Source: Acidobacteriota bacterium
GTDB lineage: Bacteria; Acidobacteriota; Vicinamibacteria; Vicinamibacterales; UBA2999
Direction: 5' to 3'
Assembly (NCBI GenBank): GCA_040754955.1
Contig: JBFMCA010000002.1
Location: 5,243 to 69,242, forward strand
DNA length: 64,000 nt
The notes under the pieces: model-generated
Database searches by the model: none
What the model was told of the DNA's origin: nothing
What the model saw: only the letters and a program-made list of their open reading frames with translations
Part shown: positions 55,623 to 64,000 of the stretch, in pieces
How the letters are laid out: each line of letters begins with the position of its first letter
How positions within the stretch are numbered: the first letter of the stretch is position 1
Translations under genes and position numbers: made by a program

Positions 55623-56901
55623 TGACCAGCGTCTCTTTCTTCAGCGACCACTCCAGCCGCGGCGCCAGTAGGCCGCCCTTCTGGAGCTGCTGCTTCTCGA
55701 TGCCCCGCTCGTTGTCGTACCCCATGAAGCTCACGGCGCCATAGATGATGAGCGACGATTCCTTGCCCTCGGCGTGCATGATGAGGAACGCGTTCACGCC
55801 ATAGAGGATCTCCGTGAGGAACGAGGGCGGAATCCGCCCGAGCGCCTCATAGAGGCCCGGCTCGGCGATCTCGATCCACTCCGGCGTCATCGTCCGGAAG
55901 ATGAGGCCGCCACGATGCGTCAAGTCGAAGCCGATTCGGGCCTTGAGCGGGCGCTGCACCGAGAAGCGAATCCGGACGCCGACCTCCTCGCCAATCGGCG
56001 CCGCGCCAATCTCGCGGCCGCGCTGGGAAACCAGCTTCGCCGCGATCAGCTCGGCGTTCCTGTTCGAATGGCGTCCCTTTTCGGTTCGCGCGGCCTCATT
56101 CTTGGCCCAGGCCACGTTCTGATACTCGGTGACCACCTTATCGGGATCGCCGGCCCCCTGGATCCGCCCGCCGTTGAGCCAGATCACCTCATTGCAGACC
56201 TTGAGGATGGCCTCCATATCGTGCGACACGAACAGCACGGTGAGCCCATCGTTCGCCAACTCGGACACGCGGGCGAGGCACCGCTCCTGGAACGCGATGT
56301 CGCCGACGGCCAGAATCTCGTCCGCGATCAGAATCTGTGGCCGCATGTTCACGGCTACCGAGAAGGCCAGCCGGAGGTACATGCCACTCGAGTAGAACTT
56401 CAGCGGTGTATCGACGAACTGTTCGATCTCCGCGAAGGCGATGATGTCGTCGAAGTGCTTCTCGATGTCAGTGCGCGGCACGCCGTACATGGCCGCGTTC
56501 ATGATGATGTTCTCGCGCGCGGAGACCTCGGGGTTGAACCCGGCGCCCAGCTCGAGCAGCGACACGACGCGGCCGACGCCGCGCACGCGACCTTCGGTCG
56601 GCGGCGTGACGCGTGCGATTACCTTGAGCAGCGTGGACTTGCCCGCGCCGTTCGGCCCGATGACGCCCAGCACCGTGCCGCGCTTCACCGTGAAACTGAC
56701 GTTACGGAGAGCCCAGAACTCGCGCTTTCCGCCGAACGGCTGGGTCACGCCGTGGCGCAGCCGCTCCGGCCAAAACTTCACCCGGGCCCACACGCCTTTC
56801 GGTTTCTTGGCTGATTCGGTTTCCTGAATGTAGAAACACTTGCCGAGCCCGTCGACCACGAGGCTCACGTCTGGAGGTAGTTGCTGAAACTTGCTGGACA
56901 A
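55615..56901 (-). CDS. wzt: ABC transporter ATP-binding protein with C-terminal carbohydrate-binding (Wzt_C-like) domain
   Basis: Walker A GPNGAGKST, YSSGM signature, ILIADE and FVSHD, followed by an ~150-aa beta-rich C-terminal extension. The TTG start at 56901 is approximate. Confidence 0.92.
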   Translation of the reverse strand: MSSKFQQLPPDVSLVVDGLGKCFYIQETESAKKPKGVWARVKFWPERLRHGVTQPFGGKREFWALRNVSFTVKRGTVLGVIGPNGAGKSTLLKVIARVTPPTEGRVRGVGRVVSLLELGAGFNPEVSARENIIMNAAMYGVPRTDIEKHFDDIIAFAEIEQFVDTPLKFYSSGMYLRLAFSVAVNMRPQILIADEILAVGDIAFQERCLARVSELANDGLTVLFVSHDMEAILKVCNEVIWLNGGRIQGAGDPDKVVTEYQNVAWAKNEAARTEKGRHSNRNAELIAAKLVSQRGREIGAAPIGEEVGVRIRFSVQRPLKARIGFDLTHRGGLIFRTMTPEWIEIAEPGLYEALGRIPPSFLTEILYGVNAFLIMHAEGKESSLIIYGAVSFMGYDNERGIEKQQLQKGGLLAPRLEWSLKKETLVNA

Positions 56902-56935
56902 CGTTGCTCTTCCCGAATTGACGGCCCAATCGTGC

Positions 56936-58744
56936 TCAGGTGCTGCTCGAGCCGCGGACCGCACCGAGTACATGTCGGTGGGCGCGTTGTGCCATGCGGC
57001 GGGCCCGTTTGGCGAGCTCACGCAGGTCTTTGCGTCCGCGTTTGACGGCACGCCGGGCGCCACGCGTCGTGCGGTCCACACCAAGGCGCACGGCGCGGCG
57101 CGTCGTCTTGCTCGCCTCCTGCCAGCGGCCTCGCAGCCGCTTGCGCGTGGAGCGAAGGGATCGGCGCGCCTGGCTCGACCACTCGCGGCGCCTCTCACGC
57201 AGCATCAACCGAGCGGTCAGGAGGGCGACCGCGATGGTCAGCGGCACGCGGATGAAGACCACCCACCACGGCCTCGGCTCGAACGGCCACGCTACGGTGG
57301 CGATCACGGCCAGCGGCAGGAGCAACGCACGGCGTATCCTGGTGGAACGAAGCGGTTCGGACGCCGCGGCGCGCAGCGCGCCGAGGTCCGCGATGGCGCA
57401 CGAGAGCACGCGAGCCGCGTTTACGTCGAGGCCCAGGGGGCGCACGAAGGCTCGGACGAACTTCTCGCTCCGCTCGTCCCGCGCTTCTGGCGTCGCGACG
57501 GCGCGCGCCAGCTGCGCGACATGCTCGTCCAAGTTCTTCGCAAGGTGCAGCAGGCCCGTCTCGGGGTCGGCTATGTGCTGGAAGTGCAGCGTACCTGCCT
57601 GTGAGTGCTCGAAGTCCCGCGACAATACCGTGAACACCGGCTTCCCGAGGATGCCGGACTCGATCATCCCGCTGGTGTTGACGCCGACCACCGCGGAGGA
57701 ATGGTACATAGAATCGAAGTAGTCGGCCTGGTAGGCCGGGGCGAGCCGATCCGCCCCAGGCGCCGGCCACAAGGCCACGTTGGGGAACGCCGAGTAGTCG
57801 ACACCGAGATACTGGCGGCTGTTGTTCGGATGCGGCCTGATCAGGATGCCCGCCAACGACAGCAGCGGGTCCGCTGCCGCACGAACTGCCCGGATCCACC
57901 GCTCGACGAACACCGCCTCGTTCGGTGCAATGAAGCTGGACGACCCGAGGTACAGCACGTAGGGCCGGGCGGGGTCCAGGCCGACTCTCGCGCAGAACTC
58001 GGCGCGCGTGCGGTCGCTCCGCCACGAGAACCACTTGTCGAACAGTTGCGCGCCGGTGATCACGACACGGCTCTCGGGCACACCGTGCAGGCTGACCGCT
58101 TCCTTCCGCTGAGCCGCGTTCCAGACGAAGACGCGGTCCGGCACGACGCGCATCGCGCCTTTGTTGGTGAGATTGTCCCAGCTCGCCACGCAGAAGCCGG
58201 TCGGGATTCCCAGAGCCTGCGCCGATCGCACGTAGTCGACCTGCGCGGATCCCGGATCGACGAGCGGCGTCACGAGGAGCACGTCGGGCTGCGCCCGGAT
58301 GATGAAGTCTTCGATGGCATCGCTGCGTGGGATGCCCCGCTCGACGGCGGCTAGCGCTGCCGCCAAGACAGGCTGCAGGCCGATGCGGGCGGTGGTTCTG
58401 ACCAGCGCCCGCATCGCGCGCGGCACCTGCACTTCGATACGCGCCCGGAGCGCGGTGGCGTGTTTGAATTCCGGGAGGAAGTAGCGCGCGTAGTCCTGGG
58501 TGCGGCGATTGGCCCAGGCCAAATCGGTCCACAGGCCCGGCTCGCGGTCCGGGGCGCGCTGGATGCTGACGCTCTCCGGGAACTCCTCTCTGAGCCTCTG
58601 GCCGAACACCTGCTCGATGCCGTCCTTGTTGCGGTCGCTCTGGTAGGCAAAGGTGACGGTATGCCCGGCCTCGAGCAGCCCGCGCATGGCGGTCTGATAG
58701 TGGCTCACCCAGCCAGGGGTCGACATCACGAAGAGAATCTTCAT
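56936..58744 (-). CDS. 'SWD/RPHP' GT-B-like transferase with hydrophobic hairpin and ~80-aa basic tail
   Basis: Motifs ASWDNLTNKG, IRPHP and QAGTLHF. Then LLLPLAVIATVAW..VFIRVPLTIAVALL and RERRREWSSQARRSLRSTRKRLRGRW. Confidence 0.78.
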   Translation of the reverse strand: MKILFVMSTPGWVSHYQTAMRGLLEAGHTVTFAYQSDRNKDGIEQVFGQRLREEFPESVSIQRAPDREPGLWTDLAWANRRTQDYARYFLPEFKHATALRARIEVQVPRAMRALVRTTARIGLQPVLAAALAAVERGIPRSDAIEDFIIRAQPDVLLVTPLVDPGSAQVDYVRSAQALGIPTGFCVASWDNLTNKGAMRVVPDRVFVWNAAQRKEAVSLHGVPESRVVITGAQLFDKWFSWRSDRTRAEFCARVGLDPARPYVLYLGSSSFIAPNEAVFVERWIRAVRAAADPLLSLAGILIRPHPNNSRQYLGVDYSAFPNVALWPAPGADRLAPAYQADYFDSMYHSSAVVGVNTSGMIESGILGKPVFTVLSRDFEHSQAGTLHFQHIADPETGLLHLAKNLDEHVAQLARAVATPEARDERSEKFVRAFVRPLGLDVNAARVLSCAIADLGALRAAASEPLRSTRIRRALLLPLAVIATVAWPFEPRPWWVVFIRVPLTIAVALLTARLMLRERRREWSSQARRSLRSTRKRLRGRWQEASKTTRRAVRLGVDRTTRGARRAVKRGRKDLRELAKRARRMAQRAHRHVLGAVRGSSST

Positions 58745-58746
58745 GC

Positions 58747-60084
58747 TCACACCCCTCCCTGCAACGCAGCGCTGGGCGTCCCGACCGGCGACTCGAGATA
58801 ACGGTCGGCGAACCCGGCCCCGATCCTCCCGTCCCCCATGAATCCCTCGTCGGCGCCCCATTTCCGGACGTACCCGCTGACCTGCCGGAGCGCGGCCTCC
58901 GCCTCGAGCACCGCCTCCTTGAACGCGATCTGCGCCGGCGTCAGGGGCGCTCGGCCGGCAAGCATCTCGATCATTTCCTCGACGGCCTCGACAATCTCTT
59001 CCGGCGTGTTGTCGACGTATTGGTACTTTCGTGAGTTCCGGAAACTGGTGAGGTAGTCCGGCCCGAGCAGATCCCGCAAGCTGAGCCGTCGTCCTGTCTC
59101 CCGTTCGATGACTCCCTTGACCGTATAGAGGCTGCGTTCACGGATGGGATACGCCGCCACCGGCTCGGTGCAGTTCGTGCAGACCAACGGCGTATTGGTC
59201 AGGTATGCGACCACCGATGGCCCCGAGTCGCTGCCGATCAGAAACTCGCTCTTCAGAAGACAGTACAGCTCGAGCAGCGTGGAGCGGTGCGGCGAGCTCG
59301 CCAGGTCGATGACGCCCGGGCGGTGCACCGGAGTCATCGACGGATCGCCGATACGCACTACCGTGTAGCCGCGGGCGACGAGGTAGTCCATGGCCAGGTA
59401 GTAGCTGTCGATGCGGACGTTGCGCACCGAGTCGTCACGGCCCGTTTTCGGCTTGGTGTCCTGCATCTCGGCGCCGAGCTTGTACCCTGCCTCGCGCGCG
59501 TGCAGCGTCACGATGCGGGCGTCATCGGCCAGGCCGAGCGCCTGGGCCTGGGCGCGCGCGGCGGCCAGCGCCGCCGGGCGGAGCGTGACGGGCACGGGGT
59601 ATCGAAGCTGCCGTCGACGGTAGTAGTTCTGGCGCTCCACCCGCAGCCCGCTGACCCAGTTCTCGAACCGGAACGGACGCTTGAGGCGCGATTTCAGGCG
59701 CTTGAGATCGTTGCGCACCGTGGGGTGAATCCCGGGACGGCTCATGTGGCGCCAGAGCTCGGTCCGCAGTTCGTCCTTCACCCTCTCGGCGGCCAGCAGC
59801 GCCTTCCGCTCCATTCCCTCCCGCCACTCGTCGTGGCGGATGCGCCACCGCAACCGCAGCGCGGTGACGGGATTCGGCCGCAACACCGTCACCGTCTCGG
59901 GCTCGAGCTCGAAGAGGGCGCAGATCGACAGCTTTCTGGGATACACGAAGAACACCGAGGCGTTGTGCTCCGCCGCCTCCGCGAACGACTGCAGAATCTC
60001 GAGGGCACAGTGACCGTACTGCCGCACGTTCGGCATCGAGACGAGGACGCGCTTGCCGGCCGCCCGGCCCCACAGGGTTCTCAT
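58747..60084 (-). CDS. Putative glycosyltransferase, TIGR04372-like, copy 2
   Basis: Motifs QYGH, IVTLHAREAGY, RNVRIDSY, GYTVVRIGD, FLIGSDSGP and DNTPEEI. Confidence 0.78.
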   Translation of the reverse strand: MRTLWGRAAGKRVLVSMPNVRQYGHCALEILQSFAEAAEHNASVFFVYPRKLSICALFELEPETVTVLRPNPVTALRLRWRIRHDEWREGMERKALLAAERVKDELRTELWRHMSRPGIHPTVRNDLKRLKSRLKRPFRFENWVSGLRVERQNYYRRRQLRYPVPVTLRPAALAAARAQAQALGLADDARIVTLHAREAGYKLGAEMQDTKPKTGRDDSVRNVRIDSYYLAMDYLVARGYTVVRIGDPSMTPVHRPGVIDLASSPHRSTLLELYCLLKSEFLIGSDSGPSVVAYLTNTPLVCTNCTEPVAAYPIRERSLYTVKGVIERETGRRLSLRDLLGPDYLTSFRNSRKYQYVDNTPEEIVEAVEEMIEMLAGRAPLTPAQIAFKEAVLEAEAALRQVSGYVRKWGADEGFMGDGRIGAGFADRYLESPVGTPSAALQGGV

Positions 60085-61565
60085 GGTGCCTCCGAGGGAG
60101 ACTGCTCGCCCAGGTACCGGCTGGCAAACGCCGCTCCGATCCAACCGTCGCCAAGATGCGGCATCCGTCCGCCGACCCAGCCCTTCTTGGAGGCGCTGTT
60201 CTCGACAAGAGCGAGGGCGAGGCGGCGGTACTCGCGCTGCGCGTCGGTGATCGCCACGTGGCCGCCGACGATCGCGACCATTTCCCGCACCGCGGCCAGG
60301 ATGTCCTCGGGAGCGTTGTCCTCGTGCTGGTATCGGGCAGCGTCGAACCGCGCGGCGATGTATTCGGCCGTGAGCACCTCACCCAGCGCCAGCCGCCGGC
60401 CGTTCTCGACGCTGATCACGTTCTTCGTGATGTAACGGTCGTGCGAGCGAAGCGGGTAGGCTCCCGTGGGATTCCCGACGATGTTCAGCGCCACGGAGGG
60501 CCGGTTGAAAAGCCAGGGAAGGTAGTAGGGGCCCGAGTCGCTGACGACCAGGAACTCGCTCTGTTGCACGCACCACAACTCGAGCTCCGCCTTGCGGCCC
60601 TGCGCGGTCGCCAGGTCGATCACGCCGGGACGCTCGAGCTTCGCCATCGTCGCATCGCCGAGGCGGACGACGATGTACCCCTGCGAGACGAGGTAGTCGA
60701 TCGCGGGGATGTAGGTTTCGAATGCCACGCTCCTGACGTTGTCCTTGTATCGCTCCCCGATGCCCCGCATCGCACCGAAGCCTCCGTCGCGTGCGTGGAC
60801 GCACACCAGTCGGTCACTGGATTTCAGGCCGAAGGCCTTTGCCTGGGCACGGGCGCGTCGATCGGCGCCCCGGTCGAGCCGCAGCGACAGCGCGCGGCGC
60901 GCGTATGTGTAGCGGAGATCTACCGCCCACATCTCGACGTGTCGCTCGTAGCGGGTCCGCAGGATACGAGCCTCGTTCGCGATGATCGATGGGCGCAACG
61001 ACAGCCTCTCGAAGCTGGCGAAGAGTTTGTCGCGCCGCGGAGGTTTGGTTTGCGCCATACTCCGGGTCCAGGCCAGGGCCCGATCCCGCCACGGCCCCGC
61101 ACGCAGCCCTTCCAGCCTGCGCTGGGCCCCAATCGCGGCCTCACGCCGCATCGTCAGCCACCAACAGTGCGACACGCGCCACCACCGTCCGGGCAGCGCC
61201 GCGACGACCGCAAGAATCCAGCGGGTGACGGTCGCTGCTTCATAAATCGCCCAGAAGATCCGAAGGAACTGGGCGCGCAGCCCGTGACGCCAGACCCGCA
61301 CTTCCGGGTTCGAGAGGTCGTACAACGCCGCGTTCGGCGCGTTCCTCGAGCGCACGACGTACAGCGAGGCACCCAGCTCACGCGCGAGGTAGTGTGCGGC
61401 CATGATGTCGAGCAACAGCACGCCGTAGGCGTCCACACTCGGCTTCGACAGCAGGACACGCCGGCGAGCGACATACAGGAGGATGGACCGGCCCCTGGCG
61501 TCGACACCCAGCCAACGCCGCTCCGTGGGACGAGGCCCGGCTTCAGTGCCTACCTCGCCGGCCAC
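60081..61565 (-). CDS. Putative glycosyltransferase, TIGR04372-like, copy 3
   Basis: Motifs VCVHARDGGF, GYIVVRLGD, FLVVSDSGP and DNAPEDI. Confidence 0.75.
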   Translation of the reverse strand: MAGEVGTEAGPRPTERRWLGVDARGRSILLYVARRRVLLSKPSVDAYGVLLLDIMAAHYLARELGASLYVVRSRNAPNAALYDLSNPEVRVWRHGLRAQFLRIFWAIYEAATVTRWILAVVAALPGRWWRVSHCWWLTMRREAAIGAQRRLEGLRAGPWRDRALAWTRSMAQTKPPRRDKLFASFERLSLRPSIIANEARILRTRYERHVEMWAVDLRYTYARRALSLRLDRGADRRARAQAKAFGLKSSDRLVCVHARDGGFGAMRGIGERYKDNVRSVAFETYIPAIDYLVSQGYIVVRLGDATMAKLERPGVIDLATAQGRKAELELWCVQQSEFLVVSDSGPYYLPWLFNRPSVALNIVGNPTGAYPLRSHDRYITKNVISVENGRRLALGEVLTAEYIAARFDAARYQHEDNAPEDILAAVREMVAIVGGHVAITDAQREYRRLALALVENSASKKGWVGGRMPHLGDGWIGAAFASRYLGEQSPSEAP

Positions 61566-62101
61566 CGGTCGATCAGGTCCACCAGGCTGCGCTGGTACTC
61601 GCGCACGTCGCTCACACGGTCACACGGTGCCCACGGCGCGGCCTCCGTCTGCTCCCGTACCCAGGGCCCGCCGGTGGTTTCGTGCAGGACCACGAACGGC
61701 GTACGGAAGACAAGCGTGTGGTACTGGGCTGAGTTCATTCGGCAGTAGGACGCCCGTCCGCTCGCGAGGGGGCCCATGCGCACGACGTCGGCCGCGGTGC
61801 CGCCCTCGTCGAAGAACACGACGTCGACCAGACCTTCGAGCACCATGAAGGACTCCGCCTTGTCGTGGTGCCGATGCGCGCGCACGTACACGTCCTGGGT
61901 GTTGACGATGAGCATCTCGTGCAGGCGATCCGACGTGCTCCGGTGGGTGCAGAGGCGCGACCGCCGCCGGGGCGCGGCCAACGCGAGTCGCTTCAGCAGG
62001 TCCAGTTCCGCGGCACCGACCCGGATGCGGTCGTTCGCCGCGTAGAACACCTCGTCGGACTCTCGGGTCCAGTCGGGCGGGAGCGCGAGGTCCGCCCTCA
62101 T
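61550..62101 (-). CDS. WbuC-family cupin-fold metalloprotein
   Basis: Motifs RRRSRLCTH, LHEMLIV, YVRAHRHHDKAESF, YHT and ETTGGP. Confidence 0.82.
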   Translation of the reverse strand: MRADLALPPDWTRESDEVFYAANDRIRVGAAELDLLKRLALAAPRRRSRLCTHRSTSDRLHEMLIVNTQDVYVRAHRHHDKAESFMVLEGLVDVVFFDEGGTAADVVRMGPLASGRASYCRMNSAQYHTLVFRTPFVVLHETTGGPWVREQTEAAPWAPCDRVSDVREYQRSLVDLIDRWPAR

Positions 62102-63216
62102 CGCGCATCCGCCTTCCCCGCGGTCGACGCGAACTCCTCGATCCGGTCGGCGACATACTCGACATCCGTGTTGGACAGCTTCTCGTGAGCCGGGATGCAT
62201 AGGATCCGGCTGATCATGCGGCGCGCGTTGGTGCACTCCGCCTTGACGCCCTCGCGGTAAGCCGGCTGATCAGGCATGGCGATCGGATGCTGGATCTTCA
62301 CCTCGACCCCACTGGCCTCGAGGTGCGCCTTGAGCGCGTCCCGCTCGGCACTGCGAATCTGGTACGTGTAGTAGATGTCGCGCTCGCCCGGTCGCTCGAC
62401 GGGAACGTCGACGATGCCGGCCAGACGTCTGCTGTACCAGGCCGCGATCTCACGTCGCCGTTCGATGATCGCCGGTACCCGGTCCATCCGCACGAGGAGG
62501 ATCGCCGCCTGCAGGGTGTCGAGGCGCCCGTTGATGCTCGGCTGCACGCACACTTCGCGATTGATCGTGCCGTTGTAACGAAGCGCCACCAGACGGTCCT
62601 TCAGCTCGTCGCTGTCGGTGAGCACCATTCCCGCGTCGCCGAGGCCAGCCAGCACTTTCATGGCGTTCATGCTGAAGCACGCCAGGTCGCCGAAGGCACC
62701 CGCCACCCGGCCGTCCAGCATCGCCCCGTACGCCTGGGCTGCATCCTCGATCAGCAGGAGGCCGTAGCGCTCGCACAGGGCCCGGATCTCCGGCACGCGG
62801 CAGATCTTGCCGGTGTAATGCACCGGCAGGATCGCTTTGGTCCGCGGGCCGATGAGCCGTTCGACACTCGCAGGATCGATGTTCAGGTCGTCTGCGATAT
62901 CAGCGAAGACCGGCGTCGCGCCCGAGAGCGCAATCGCGTTGGCCGTGGCAATCCAGGACAGCGACGTGGTGACAACCTCGTCGCCAGGCCCGATGCCGGC
63001 GGCCAGAAGCGCGAGCAGCACGGCATCCGACCCGGACCCGACCCCCACCGCGTGGCGGCGGCCGCAGTACTCGGCGAATCGCCGCTCGAACGTGTCGACC
63101 TCCGGTCCCATGACGATGCGGCCGTGGCGGAAGACGGCGCTGACCGCGTCGATCAACGCGGCGAACTCGCCATCGTCTGTGATGCGCAGGTCGAGAAAGG
63201 GCACACTGCGAGTCAT
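62098..63216 (-). CDS. DegT/DnrJ/EryC1/StrS family sugar aminotransferase
   Basis: Motifs VPFLDL, GSGSDA, ILPVHYTG, IEDAAQAYG and FSMNAMKVLAGLGDAG. Confidence 0.93.
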   Translation of the reverse strand: MTRSVPFLDLRITDDGEFAALIDAVSAVFRHGRIVMGPEVDTFERRFAEYCGRRHAVGVGSGSDAVLLALLAAGIGPGDEVVTTSLSWIATANAIALSGATPVFADIADDLNIDPASVERLIGPRTKAILPVHYTGKICRVPEIRALCERYGLLLIEDAAQAYGAMLDGRVAGAFGDLACFSMNAMKVLAGLGDAGMVLTDSDELKDRLVALRYNGTINREVCVQPSINGRLDTLQAAILLVRMDRVPAIIERRREIAAWYSRRLAGIVDVPVERPGERDIYYTYQIRSAERDALKAHLEASGVEVKIQHPIAMPDQPAYREGVKAECTNARRMISRILCIPAHEKLSNTDVEYVADRIEEFASTAGKADAR

Positions 63217-63244
63217 GAACACTCCATGCAATGTCCGGCCGCGC

Positions 63245-64000
63245 TCACGGCAAGAGCGCGCGCGCATCTCGTGGCGAGATCGACTTCGCCGTGAAGAATG
63301 CGGCAACCTCCGGGATGCGCCGCGCCAAACCCAGCCAGGCGTCCACGAGACCTGGCTCCGCGATGAGAAAGAAGCCCTCCACGACCGGCACCGGAACGTC
63401 GGCCGAGTATTCGCCGGGCGCTCGCGGCGCCTTCGTGCCGAACAAGTGGTACAACGGACGGTCGAGGTGGTTGAGCAGCTCCTGGAGGGAGAGATACGTG
63501 AACGCCCGGCCGACCATCGGGCAGACGAAAGTCTCGCCTGTCGAGACGAACAAGTTCAACAGCACGGCACGGAACCGGTTGAAGAACGCCGCCGCCTCCG
63601 GGGCCGTCTCGAACGCGGCGCCAGCGACGATGCGATCGTACAGCACGTCCCAGCTGCCGCTGACGCGCGTGACATCCCCGAAAACCGTGAGGTCGGCGCA
63701 CGGGTGCAGCGCCAGGCTGGCCGCGGCGCACAGCGGCGATAACTCGACGCCCCCGTACGCCAGGCGTGCCGGATCTGGGCCCGGCGCCCCTGCGGGCGAA
63801 CGCCTGAAATACTCGTGGACGAGCTCGAGGCCGTCGACTATTTCGAAGAGCGAACTTCCCAGCTCCATCACGCGCCTCAACCCGGAGTGCGCGGCGAGCA
63901 GCAGGTACAGGAGGAGGTGCTTCTCGGGCCGCAGCAGCTGCGCGAACGTCAGCGTCGGGTCCTGCCGGAGATTCCGGGCGGTCAGCACCTCGTTCAGGTA
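63245..64000 (-). CDS. 5'-truncated hypothetical protein, possibly methyltransferase-fold
   Basis: Frame is open to the window edge. VMELGSSL..YGGVELS..WDVLYDR loosely resembles class I MTase strands. Confidence 0.5.
   Translation of the reverse strand, partial: YLNEVLTARNLRQDPTLTFAQLLRPEKHLLLYLLLAAHSGLRRVMELGSSLFEIVDGLELVHEYFRRSPAGAPGPDPARLAYGGVELSPLCAAASLALHPCADLTVFGDVTRVSGSWDVLYDRIVAGAAFETAPEAAAFFNRFRAVLLNLFVSTGETFVCPMVGRAFTYLSLQELLNHLDRPLYHLFGTKAPRAPGEYSADVPVPVVEGFFLIAEPGLVDAWLGLARRIPEVAAFFTAKSISPRDARALLP

Noticed and set aside
36540-57610. Recurring ~20-nt similarities (e.g. GAAGTGCAGCGTGCCTTCCTGG) as CRISPR or dispersed repeats
   Set aside because: They encode the conserved QEGTLHF motif of paralogous domains, are irregularly spaced, and no cas genes are present.

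Overview
GC-rich bacterial DNA. A Vicinamibacteria-like Acidobacteriota origin is my inference from protein and repeat style. Almost the whole window (984 to >64000) is one very large, mostly minus-strand and translationally coupled surface-glycan locus. It encodes a Wzm/Wzt ABC exporter, a WecA/MraY-type initiating transferase and conventional GT2/GT4 enzymes. It also has two NeuB-family synthases of different clades, two hydrolysing UDP-GlcNAc 2-epimerases (NeuC) and three CMP-ulosonate synthetases (NeuA). Tailoring enzymes include several SAM methyltransferases, a formyltransferase/deacetylase pair and an MBOAT acyltransferase whose SGNH partner is a pseudogene. Two things stand out most. 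(i) A compact NeuB(9-phosphate type)-SDR-ALDH-NeuA-transketolase-HAD-KpsS-like module looks like a pathway to an unusual ulosonic or ulosaric acid. (ii) Three poorly characterised GT-B-like families are expanded (9 + 4 + 3 domains) and shuffled into single, tandem, hetero-fused and methyltransferase-fused proteins with long Arg/Lys-rich helices. An internally deleted IS630 remnant lies at the 3' end of the locus. No rRNA, tRNA or CRISPR array was recognised. Start sites were refined by eye from the ORF track, mostly using ATGA/GTGA overlaps.
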